Below, piece by piece: positions 47,597 to 55,871 of a DNA stretch of 64,000 nt. This DNA is from Phycisphaerales bacterium (GTDB lineage Bacteria > Planctomycetota > Phycisphaerae > Phycisphaerales > UBA1924). The notes under the pieces are model-generated. The model saw nothing but the letters and a program-made list of their open reading frames with translations. It searched no databases and was not told where the DNA came from. Position 1 is the first letter of the stretch. Every line of letters starts with the position of its first letter. The stretch spans positions 557,835 through 621,834 of the forward strand of contig JBPOFX010000001.1 in the NCBI GenBank assembly GCA_051252395.1, written 5' to 3'. A program made the position numbers and the translations under genes.

Positions 47597-48312
47597 CAGC
47601 GATCACCCCACTGCTGTGTGACATCGTGGTCATTGAACTCTTCGAGAGTGATCGGTTCGAATCGTACTGAATCACCTATTCGCAGTAACGCTGGATCCTT
47701 GTTCTCCGGCTCAAAGAGCCGAAGTGGTGTCCGGCCAATGAGGTGCCAACCACCAGCGCTCTGATTGGGATACACCGCTGTCATGTTCTCTGCGATTGCC
47801 ACGCTTCCTGCAGGAACATGGGTACGGGGTATTGTCTTTCGCGGTAGCCGTAGCGAATCGTGGAGGGGACTCAGGTACCCAAATCCCGGCATAAACCCGA
47901 TGGTGTCAACTGTGTAGTGGGCAGCTGTATGCATCTCAACAATCTTATCAGGGTGATAGCCGAGCCGCTGAGCAACCTCGTTCATGTCTGGCGCGAAGGA
48001 TCCGTCATAGCAAACGGGAATCCGTACTTCCCGAGGAGCCAACGCTGTTGTTGATCCTGAAAGAGGTCGTTCACGAGCGAATGACTCCAACATACCAACC
48101 ACCATAGACCAAGGGTCCTCAGCTATGCATAAACGAGTGTCGAACTCGATTAGCACTCCACCGGATGAAGGGGTCGTTGCTCGTATTGATGCAATGTGTT
48201 GAGAAGTAATCCAAGCGACCAGCTCACTCATGACACGAGAATGAAGCATGTCGTCAGGCGATGCCGCCCAGATCGACCGTTCACTCGTCCATCGAAGTTG
48301 CCATCCGCACAT
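47596..48312 (-). CDS. pxpB: 5-oxoprolinase subunit B (KipI / allophanate hydrolase subunit-1-like)
   Basis: KipI-family blocks (IPVCYDG...GFMPGFGYL...GGWHLIGRTP). It overlaps the pxpC start. Confidence 0.8.
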   Translation of the reverse strand: MCGWQLRWTSERSIWAASPDDMLHSRVMSELVAWITSQHIASIRATTPSSGGVLIEFDTRLCIAEDPWSMVVGMLESFARERPLSGSTTALAPREVRIPVCYDGSFAPDMNEVAQRLGYHPDKIVEMHTAAHYTVDTIGFMPGFGYLSPLHDSLRLPRKTIPRTHVPAGSVAIAENMTAVYPNQSAGGWHLIGRTPLRLFEPENKDPALLRIGDSVRFEPITLEEFNDHDVTQQWGDR

Positions 48313-48383
48313 ATCAGAGCATACGCACTTCCAATGACCCGTATGAGTGAGCTATTTCAGAGATGCTTATTGTCTGAGCAAAT

Positions 48384-48995
48384 CTAACCATGCCACCGGG
48401 GTCGGCTTGCGAAACCTGATTGAACAGGATCCCGATTGGCCATCGCCTGAACAGCCGAATCCTGACTGAGGTGGTCGAGGTATTGAATCGTGGTCAGCAG
48501 AGACACATGCCCAAGCTGCCGCTTGATGATCGCGACATCAAGACCCTCGCTCCGGAGCTCTGAAGCGTGGGTATGCCGCAACCCATGCGAATGAATGCGT
48601 TTATAGATACCAGCTACGCGACCCAGCTCGGGCAGCCGCCTTCGCCAGTACCCCTGTGTCATGACCTGCCCTGAACCTGTTAGGAACAATGGATCGCCGA
48701 TCGTGTGCCCCCTGGCCGAATGCTCTTCAATCCACTCAACGATCTCCTGAAGACCCAATGGATCGATCCCGATCGTTCTTGCCCTGCCACCCTTTCCACG
48801 AAGTACCCGTATCGCTCCCCTTTCGGAATCAACATCACATGGACGAATTGCCAACGCTTCAGATAGCCGCAGGCCAGTCCGATACAGAAGTACGATCAGC
48901 GCATAGTTCCGCCGATCGGTCCACTTCTCTTTCCCGCACGCCTCGAGCAACGCCCCCACTTCCTTCCTCGTTAAGACCTCTGCTGGGTACTTCAT
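48384..48995 (-). CDS. tyrosine site-specific recombinase, short form (203 aa, catalytic domain only; FimB/FimE/Xer size class)
   Basis: R...HxxR...Y catalytic set: GLRLSEA (Arg I), HGLRHTHAS (HxxR), GHVSLLTTIQYL (Tyr). There is no N-terminal core-binding domain. Confidence 0.8.
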   Translation of the reverse strand: MKYPAEVLTRKEVGALLEACGKEKWTDRRNYALIVLLYRTGLRLSEALAIRPCDVDSERGAIRVLRGKGGRARTIGIDPLGLQEIVEWIEEHSARGHTIGDPLFLTGSGQVMTQGYWRRRLPELGRVAGIYKRIHSHGLRHTHASELRSEGLDVAIIKRQLGHVSLLTTIQYLDHLSQDSAVQAMANRDPVQSGFASRPRWHG

Positions 48996-49077
48996 GGCCA
49001 GCTCCTATGGATACGCTTTGTCAGTAAAGCTGTATCCATCAGTGATACCACCACTCCCGAGCATGAAGCAAGGCCGA

Positions 49078-49293
49078 TTACGGCGGTTCGCTCGATTTTT
49101 CTGGCTGCTGTGTATCAACTACCACGAAGCGTGTCACAAGCGGGAGCTCCCCGCACAGCTCGCACGGCTCGGGAAGCGGATCACCCTGAAAGAGGAAGAC
49201 CTGCCCGCCCCGCTCGCGGCAGTGGCGACAGCCCCACATCGCCCGGACCGCATGCTCGATCGTGTTCAATCGTGATGAAAGATTGCGTTTCAT
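49078..49293 (-). CDS. small zinc-ribbon-like protein (CxxC...CxxC)
   Basis: 71 aa with CRHCRERGG...CELCGELP. It overlaps the upstream HTH gene by 4 nt. Confidence 0.35.
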   Translation of the reverse strand: MKRNLSSRLNTIEHAVRAMWGCRHCRERGGQVFLFQGDPLPEPCELCGELPLVTRFVVVDTQQPEKSSEPP

Positions 49294-49694
49294 AGCGAAG
49301 ACTCCGAGGCGATGCGTTCGAGCGCGTCGATGCGTGAAACAAGGTCATCAAGTTCGATGCTCTCACGCGCAAACCTCAGCACCTGCGACGCCGCATTGAC
49401 CCTCGACGACCAGGTCGCCTTGGGATCGTGCATGATCCGCAAGAGCACCGCCACCGCACCCGCCGAGGACCGCTGCGTCAATCCGATTGCCTGCGCGAAC
49501 GCCTCTCTCCTGCTCCTCCGGTACTCATTGGCAAAGTCCTCCTGCCGGAGCCACCGATGCAGTGTCCGCTCCCCTACCCCTGCCTTGCTCGCCGCCGCCG
49601 CTATCGACGGCTCGGTCAGTAATGCCAAGATCGACTGCTCCTGCGCCGATGTCAGCCCGAGTTCGTGTTCATTCCCCATCATTCCCCCCTTCAA
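49290..49694 (-). CDS. helix-turn-helix DNA-binding protein (phage/element regulatory or terminase-small-subunit-like)
   Basis: 134 aa with an LTEPSIAAAASKAGVGERTLHRWL HTH segment. Confidence 0.45.
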   Translation of the reverse strand: MKGGMMGNEHELGLTSAQEQSILALLTEPSIAAAASKAGVGERTLHRWLRQEDFANEYRRSRREAFAQAIGLTQRSSAGAVAVLLRIMHDPKATWSSRVNAASQVLRFARESIELDDLVSRIDALERIASESSL

Positions 49695-49723
49695 AGAAAT
49701 CTCTCATTCTCTCCTGATACGCC

Positions 49724-50263
49724 TTGCAATCTGAGCCACCTGATGCCTTCATGGTGTCAACCACCCCCGACTACCCGCTTGTAGCAGGCAGTCAAAGCAT
49801 GGAGAACAAGACGATGAAAACAAAATCCACGAACAGTAAACCCAAGGTCATCCCAGCAACGAGCAGAGCGAAACAAGCACCCAAGGGCAAGGCTTCGCCC
49901 GTGGGCGGCGACAAGGGCGTGTCACGCGGCCCAGCCAAGAAGGCGACGCCCGTAGCCAACGCGCCCCAACAACGAGCACACGCCAACACAACGCGCCGTG
50001 CGGGGAAAGCAAAAGCCGCACCAAGTCTCAGTTGCTTGCAAGCTGCGGAAGTTGTACTCGCCGACGCCCCCGTCGAGGGATGGAGTACCAAAGAGATCGT
50101 CGAACGCATGGCCGCCAAGAAGCTCTGGAGCAGCCCCAACGGCAAGACCCCGGAAGCCACCCTGTACGGGGGCATAGTGCGTGAGATCGAACGCAAGCGC
50201 GAAGCAGCCCGCTTCCTAAAGGTCGGACGCGGTCGCTTCACCCTCCGGCCATCGGGCGATTGA
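49724..50263 (+). CDS. histone-H1-like K/A/P-rich region fused to a C-terminal winged-helix (Mrr-N/HARE-HTH-like) domain
   Basis: N-terminal KPKVIPATSRAKQAPKGKASPVGGDKGVSRGPAKKATP low-complexity basic region. C-terminal W-x-x-KEIVERM...TPEATLYGGIVREI...FLKVGRGRFTL pattern. The start is possibly the internal MENKTMKT. Confidence 0.45.
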   Translation: MQSEPPDAFMVSTTPDYPLVAGSQSMENKTMKTKSTNSKPKVIPATSRAKQAPKGKASPVGGDKGVSRGPAKKATPVANAPQQRAHANTTRRAGKAKAAPSLSCLQAAEVVLADAPVEGWSTKEIVERMAAKKLWSSPNGKTPEATLYGGIVREIERKREAARFLKVGRGRFTLRPSGD

Positions 50264-50357
50264 TTCATTCGCCCCTTGCGAACACGCCTCCGTTTACGCG
50301 GGGGCGTTCTCAGTTGGTTGACAGGCTCTTCGTGCTGTATTGATTCATCGTCAAAGC

Positions 50358-51764
50358 TCATTGCTCACACCCGACTACACTCGCTACACGCTCGGCCTTC
50401 TTCCCCGTAAACGCCTCCCACCGATTCACGATCACATCGCAGTACGCCGGATCGATCTCCATGAGCCGAGCGTGCCGCCCCATCTGCTCAGCCGCCATCA
50501 GCGTCGAGCCCGACCCACCAAATAGATCCAACACCCGTTCCCCTCGCTTCGACGAGTACTCCATTGCCCTTGACGCAAGCTCGACCGGCTTCTCGGTCAG
50601 ATGCACCATGCTTTGGGGGTTCACCTTCTTGATCGGCCAGACATCGGGGATGTTCTTGGGCCCGTAGAACCTGTGCGCCGCACCCTCACGCCACCCGTAG
50701 AAACACCACTCGTGGTCGCCCATGAAGTCCTTGCGCCCCAGCACCGGATGGAGCTTGTGCCAGATGATCGACTGGCTGAAGTACAAGCCCGAATCCGTGA
50801 ACGCACCAGGATAGTTAGCGATGTTCGCGTACCCGCCCCAGCAGTAGAATGCCCTCCCCGGCTCCAATACACGGGCCATATTGCCAAACCATGCCCGGAG
50901 CATGATTGCGAAGGATTCATCGTCCATAAAGTCGTTGGCGAGCGGGCGGTCTTTCGCACGCATCTTCTTGGTGGTCGGTGACGATTTACCGGGATGCCGG
51001 GCAAGATCCCGCTGCTGCATGTGCGTGCTTGCTTTGGTTGCCGCCGCTGGGAACGATGAGAGACCCGCACTGATCGCGTTGTTTGAGCGCGGCTCAACCT
51101 TCACGTTGTACGGCGGATCGGTGTTGACGAGATGGATGCTCTGACCATCACACAACCGATCGACATCCTCAGCCTTCGAGCTATCCCCGCAGAGGAGTCG
51201 GTGGTTCCCCAGGATCCACAGATTACCCGGCTTGGTGATCGGGTCGTCGGGAGCTTCGGGGATCACATCGGGATCGGGTTCGGTTCCGACTCCCCCCATC
51301 GTGAGCGACGCAAGCTGCGCATCGTCAAAGCCGAACGCCGCCAGTTCCTCGATATCGATCCCCAACGCGACGAGCGCCTCGAGCTCGCTGTCGAGCAGCC
51401 CTGTGTCCCAGTGCGCGAGCTCTGCGGCCCGGTTGTCGGCCAGCCGGTACGCCCTCGCCTTCTCCGGAGTGAGGTCCGTTGCGACATGCACCGGGACCTC
51501 GCTGAGCCCCAGCTGCTGCGCCGCCTTCCACCGCGTGTGCCCGCAGACGATCACCATGTTGCGATCAACAACGATCGGCTGCCTGAACCCAAAGTCCGTG
51601 ATACTCTTGGCGACCGCGTCGATCGCCTGATCGTTGATCCTTGGGTTGGTCTCGAATGGTGTGATGTCCCCCACTGTCTTCATTTCTATCTTCATCTGGT
51701 TCCCCCTTTGTTCTGTTGTGTGACAGGTGACAGATCGTGACAGGTTTTCCAAGAAGTCCCCCAT
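50358..51764 (-). CDS. ParB-like nuclease (ParB/Srx) domain fused to an amino-group DNA methyltransferase (N6-A / N4-C, DPPY motif)
   Basis: The N-terminal GHTRWKAAQQLG matches the ParB GxxRxxAA box. Mid-protein VNTDPPYN (MTase motif IV) and C-terminal SAM-binding blocks are present. This fusion is common in phages and ICEs. Confidence 0.8.
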   Translation of the reverse strand: MGDFLENLSRSVTCHTTEQRGNQMKIEMKTVGDITPFETNPRINDQAIDAVAKSITDFGFRQPIVVDRNMVIVCGHTRWKAAQQLGLSEVPVHVATDLTPEKARAYRLADNRAAELAHWDTGLLDSELEALVALGIDIEELAAFGFDDAQLASLTMGGVGTEPDPDVIPEAPDDPITKPGNLWILGNHRLLCGDSSKAEDVDRLCDGQSIHLVNTDPPYNVKVEPRSNNAISAGLSSFPAAATKASTHMQQRDLARHPGKSSPTTKKMRAKDRPLANDFMDDESFAIMLRAWFGNMARVLEPGRAFYCWGGYANIANYPGAFTDSGLYFSQSIIWHKLHPVLGRKDFMGDHEWCFYGWREGAAHRFYGPKNIPDVWPIKKVNPQSMVHLTEKPVELASRAMEYSSKRGERVLDLFGGSGSTLMAAEQMGRHARLMEIDPAYCDVIVNRWEAFTGKKAERVASVVGCEQ

Positions 51765-51910
51765 ACGCGCGCGTAGGAAAAGTCTTGGGAATATCTGTCA
51801 TACCTGTCACCATTTCCGTAAGTCATTGATTTTAATTGCCTTAAGCAGTGACAGATAGCATTCGGATCTGTCACCAATCTGTCATTTTCCCTTCTATCTG
51901 TCATGGTGCT
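51720..51910. repeat. iteron-like array: about 10 direct and inverted copies of TGACAG / (AT)CTGTCA(CC)
   Basis: gtgacaggtgacagatcgtgacagg ... atctgtcatacctgtcacc ... cagtgacagatag ... gatctgtcaccaatctgtcatttt ... ctatctgtcatgg, lying between the primase stop and the ParB-MTase start. Confidence 0.5.
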
Positions 51911-54105
51911 CACGACAGCCCACCGTTCGTCGCATCAGAATTCAGCTCCAAACCGATCCAGTACCGTTCCGAACTGTTCCGACCATCAGCAAATCCAAGC
52001 GAATGCAACCGTGATGACATCATCTTGCCGCTCACCTTCTTTTCATTGTTCTCGATGCACCATTCAGCAAACGCATCATTCAGCTCTCCCTTGGATACGG
52101 TCACCCCGTCGGCAACCACACAGCACTCATCGATAAACTGGTTCAGAGGGTTCGCGTTCTTCCGGTAGGCACTGGTCGCCGAGAGCACCGCTTCAGGTTC
52201 GGAGAGACCATGTACTTGCCACGCGAGGCACCCCCGCACCGCCCACGCGAGGATCCCATTGGCTTCCGCCTTGAGCGCATCGATTAGGTGGGGGTCGCGT
52301 TCGGACTCGGGAATGGTGACATTGAACGGGATCTGTCGGATCCGTCTCCAGATACCATGATCCACCCCTGTCATAGACGGTAGGTGGTTCCCGTAGAGCA
52401 AAAGCTTGTGGGTCGGATCAAACTCGATGGGTTCCTTGTAGAGTTGCCTCGCAACGATGCGGTCACCGCCAGTCAGATCTTTGATCAACGCCTCCCCGAA
52501 CTGCTGCCCCTCCTCAAGCTCCGACGTGATGACGAGTCTTGAACCCCGCAGTCTTGCTTTATCCGGTGTTGCGCCACCAGATGAACGCTCCGGCTTGAGG
52601 ATCAGTTCCGCGGGTGCCCGCTGGCTGTAATCGCCCAGTATGTACATGAGAATCGACGCGAAGACGCTCTTACCGTTACACCCGTTCCCATGCATGAAGA
52701 ACAAGCATTGTTCGCTCACATCACCCGTGAGCATGTAGCCTGCCACACGCCGCATGTACCCAATGAGTTCGCAGTCTGAACCGAAGATTCGGTCAAGGAA
52801 CGCGTCCCACCTCGGGCATTGAGCGGTCTCATCAAACCACGCAGGCGAGATCTTTGTATGCATCTCACTCCGGTCATGACTCCTGAACGAGCCGTTGCGA
52901 AGATTCACGGTCCCGTTGTGGCAGTTGAGGAGCATCGGATCAGCATCGAGCGTATCGACGCCAACCGTGATCCCAGGCTCGGATCGTGCGAGGTAGAGCA
53001 GTTCTTCAATACCGCGCTTGGTGCTCGTACTTTTCTGGTGCTTGGGATCCTCGATCGTGTTGGCGCAGAGCTTGGCCATGCATTCGATACGCTCGGGCTT
53101 GATCGCCCATCGGTTGGTATCCCAGACCAGCCAGTCTTTAAGCGCAAAACAGTACTTGGCTGAATCACCGTGCTGAGCGGCGAAACGTTCCCCGTTCCCG
53201 ATGCCGTGGTGTGCATACTGCTGATCGCCAATGGCTCGTACCTGACCTGTATCAATAGTGGTCTCGCGGAGTCCAGCAGAGTACCCGCTCTCGAAGGTGG
53301 ATAGCGTTTCACTCTCTTCGAGTCCGCACAGCCTTGCTCCTCGCTGGCAGAGTGCCCACGCTTCAGGTCGCGGCATTCCCTTGTTGCCCAAGGCGTAAGC
53401 GGTCGAGTTAAGTTCTGCATTCCGACTCGATTGAGCTGTCTGCCCGCGTAAAAACTGAAGGCATCTGTTCGTGAGATCGATCGACGGCTTCGTCGGGAGT
53501 CTGCTCACTACACATGAATCGAAGTCACCGCTCTGGTAGGTGTCGCCGAGGTCTTCGTTGGGTTCGTTCGGTAAGAATACCTGTGTGAGCTTCTCTGTTT
53601 TGGGAAAAATCTCCGGCTCTTTCCCCCGATTGAAACCCCAGGCTCTGAACCAGCTCACAAACTCTTCACAAGTGATCGGTTCTTGAAGCTGAAAGAACGC
53701 GTGTTGTCCCTTCCCCCCCTTGGAGGTGAACACCACAGGCGTTGCCCCAAAGAACCGGCTCAACGCACCAAGTAAGTGAACATTCCCCCCGTCGTCGGTG
53801 TGATCATCCAAATCCACACAGAACACCGAGACCATCCCGGCCAGATGCAGTACGAGCCCGATACGGCTCGCCCCCTCGATGGTGTAGTCCGAACCATCCT
53901 TCGTCGTTGACTCGAAACGCTCAGCTTCAAGCGATCCGTTCCTGTACGCTTGCACAGCGCGGTTGAAATCGCTCTTCCCGTGGATCCAGCCCGGCCCAGA
54001 CCCTCTGCTCTTCGGATACGACACGGCTGCCACATCAGCCTCACAATGTGGCAACAACCAGTCGAGCAGCTCATGCCGATCAATCCCCATAGATTCCCCC
54101 TTCAT
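51910..54105 (-). CDS. bifunctional primase-polymerase (AEP/PrimPol) N-terminal domain fused to D5/P4-family SF3 helicase domain
   Basis: VDLDDH (AEP DxD), KGGKGQHAFF (AEP hGxGxH-type motif), and the downstream Walker A GNGCNGKS typical of the P4-alpha/D5 primase C-terminal helicase. Confidence 0.8.
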   Translation of the reverse strand: MKGESMGIDRHELLDWLLPHCEADVAAVSYPKSRGSGPGWIHGKSDFNRAVQAYRNGSLEAERFESTTKDGSDYTIEGASRIGLVLHLAGMVSVFCVDLDDHTDDGGNVHLLGALSRFFGATPVVFTSKGGKGQHAFFQLQEPITCEEFVSWFRAWGFNRGKEPEIFPKTEKLTQVFLPNEPNEDLGDTYQSGDFDSCVVSRLPTKPSIDLTNRCLQFLRGQTAQSSRNAELNSTAYALGNKGMPRPEAWALCQRGARLCGLEESETLSTFESGYSAGLRETTIDTGQVRAIGDQQYAHHGIGNGERFAAQHGDSAKYCFALKDWLVWDTNRWAIKPERIECMAKLCANTIEDPKHQKSTSTKRGIEELLYLARSEPGITVGVDTLDADPMLLNCHNGTVNLRNGSFRSHDRSEMHTKISPAWFDETAQCPRWDAFLDRIFGSDCELIGYMRRVAGYMLTGDVSEQCLFFMHGNGCNGKSVFASILMYILGDYSQRAPAELILKPERSSGGATPDKARLRGSRLVITSELEEGQQFGEALIKDLTGGDRIVARQLYKEPIEFDPTHKLLLYGNHLPSMTGVDHGIWRRIRQIPFNVTIPESERDPHLIDALKAEANGILAWAVRGCLAWQVHGLSEPEAVLSATSAYRKNANPLNQFIDECCVVADGVTVSKGELNDAFAEWCIENNEKKVSGKMMSSRLHSLGFADGRNSSERYWIGLELNSDATNGGLS

Positions 54106-54110
54106 CCCCG

Positions 54111-54545
54111 CTAGTTCGCTTTCCTAGCGGGCTTGTCTTTGTTGGTGTGGTTCTCGCCCCTGAGAACCCTGAGTTTGTACCGCTCAGGCTCGAACGCTCG
54201 ATCAGCCAACGCCAAGAAGATGTGCCCCACCGACTCCCCCTCGGGTGATCCAGTATCGATCTGGATCGTCCCAAGCTGTTCGCTTGAACTGTACCGTGTT
54301 CCCAATCTGAGCTTCGCTTCGCTATAGAGCCCGCTCGCGGCGATGATCGCCAACTGAACAAGCTCCTCGGCTTCGCAGACGTCTTTCGTGTCTTCAAACT
54401 GACACTGAATCGATTTGATATTCATACTCCCCCACCAGCTGTATAGGCCTCTGGTCTTCCGAACGCTCCCCGAGCGATGAAAGTCGACAGAGACAACCCT
54501 CTCCCCATATATACATATCCAATCTGGAACGATGGTGTCGAACAA
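54111..54545 (-). CDS. hypothetical protein (144 aa) upstream of and coupled to the primase
   Basis: ORF ending 6 nt before the primase start. No motif recognised. Confidence 0.35.
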   Translation of the reverse strand: MFDTIVPDWICIYGERVVSVDFHRSGSVRKTRGLYSWWGSMNIKSIQCQFEDTKDVCEAEELVQLAIIAASGLYSEAKLRLGTRYSSSEQLGTIQIDTGSPEGESVGHIFLALADRAFEPERYKLRVLRGENHTNKDKPARKAN

Positions 54546-54548
54546 ATA

Positions 54549-55217
54549 TCACATTTCTTCGTATCTTTTGAACCGTCTTTGGATGTCGTTGCTTTGCTTC
54601 TTCACCTGGTACCTTGATACACCGCGCCATTCAGCGGTTTGCTTCACACTCGACCTCGATACTTCGAGTAGCAGATCGGCATCCTCATCTGAAATCTGCG
54701 TGAGGATGTGCTGTACATAGTCAATGAGATCAAAAAGCTCTGTGAATCTGTAATTCTCAATCCCAAGCCTGCGTGAATAACTCTCATTATCCATCAGTTC
54801 TGAGACCTCCACAAACTCCCTAGTAAGCGGATCCACCATGCAATCGCTCTGGAAGTACACCTTGTTCTCCGGGCACCTCTTTCGGGCTCTCGAATCGCGG
54901 ATGTATTTCTTGGCGAAGTTGTTGATCACCTCAGTGGCAAAGGTGATTGGTGCCGACTGGGTGGGGTCATACTGTTCATCGATTTGTATTAACCACAGTC
55001 TGCACTCTTGCTCGAAGTCTTCCCGATCACACGCCCTGATCCCCCCGCTGTTCACAAGTTCCGTTGCCTGAACCACAATGTGTGTCTGAACCTTGTCGTC
55101 GTCAATGAGTCTGTACTGTGATTTCATTCGCATCTTTCCCCCGCTGATACGGGATTCTCGCTTGTGATCTAGGCGCAGGATACCTGTGCCGCGATGACTC
55201 ACGGCAAACTTGGGCAC
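54549..55217 (-). CDS. putative sigma-70/ECF-like sigma factor or HTH regulator
   Basis: The C-terminal LLEVSRSSVKQTAEWRGVSRYQVKK resembles a sigma region-4 HTH. A weak region-2-like segment precedes it. Confidence 0.4.
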   Translation of the reverse strand: MPKFAVSHRGTGILRLDHKRESRISGGKMRMKSQYRLIDDDKVQTHIVVQATELVNSGGIRACDREDFEQECRLWLIQIDEQYDPTQSAPITFATEVINNFAKKYIRDSRARKRCPENKVYFQSDCMVDPLTREFVEVSELMDNESYSRRLGIENYRFTELFDLIDYVQHILTQISDEDADLLLEVSRSSVKQTAEWRGVSRYQVKKQSNDIQRRFKRYEEM

Positions 55218-55463
55218 TGCCCTAGACCGATGTGATTTCTGCTTGGATCAGTTCAACTTCTGCTCTTCCCACCCGTCATTCCATTGGATAACCCTCCCCG
55301 TTTCTTTGGGTTTGATGATCGTGATTGAGTTGATTGGGATGATCCCACCCCATTCGAAATCATGTACACTCACAGCTCATGAATGGCCCGAGTGCTGTCT
55401 TTGGCACTGAAATTATAGCGAAGATAGCGACTTCGCGACTTGCATAGATTGTGGATTGCGCTG

Positions 55464-55871
55464 TTATTTTTCGCCATGCAAGCTCTTGAGCTCCTCCCAG
55501 CGCAGAACTTGCTCACTCCATCGTACGAGAGACACAACCTCTCGAATCCCATGCTCATGGATACGGTCTTCCCATGGATCTGAGCCATTAAAGTCCAAGA
55601 TCTCTTCTTGGATCAAAGGACACAAATGCAACAGGTTCATGATCTGCGTCATCCGTGGCTGCGTCACTTGAGCCAGCAACGCAAGCTCTGACTGATTCTC
55701 CATCACACCGTCCTTGAGCAGTTGGTCGTACCGGATCGCGAGCGCCATCAGCTTGGAGATCCTTGGGACTCTCTGCCCGCCCTGCTCACCCTGTTCAGGC
55801 TCTGGCTCACGCACGATCCGTTTGCGTTTACCATTCACCGCGAAATGTACCGGTCTCGTCACTGTCGTCAT
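55464..55871 (-). CDS. hypothetical protein (135 aa) coupled to the serine recombinase (ATGA overlap)
   Basis: ORF overlapping the recombinase stop by 4 nt. Unknown function. Confidence 0.35.
   Translation of the reverse strand: MTTVTRPVHFAVNGKRKRIVREPEPEQGEQGGQRVPRISKLMALAIRYDQLLKDGVMENQSELALLAQVTQPRMTQIMNLLHLCPLIQEEILDFNGSDPWEDRIHEHGIREVVSLVRWSEQVLRWEELKSLHGEK

Noticed and set aside
45898-48312. pxpBCA as cargo of the integrative element
   Set aside because: This is a conserved chromosomal three-gene operon with internal overlaps. The recombinase sits outside it, so it is more likely the integration target flank.
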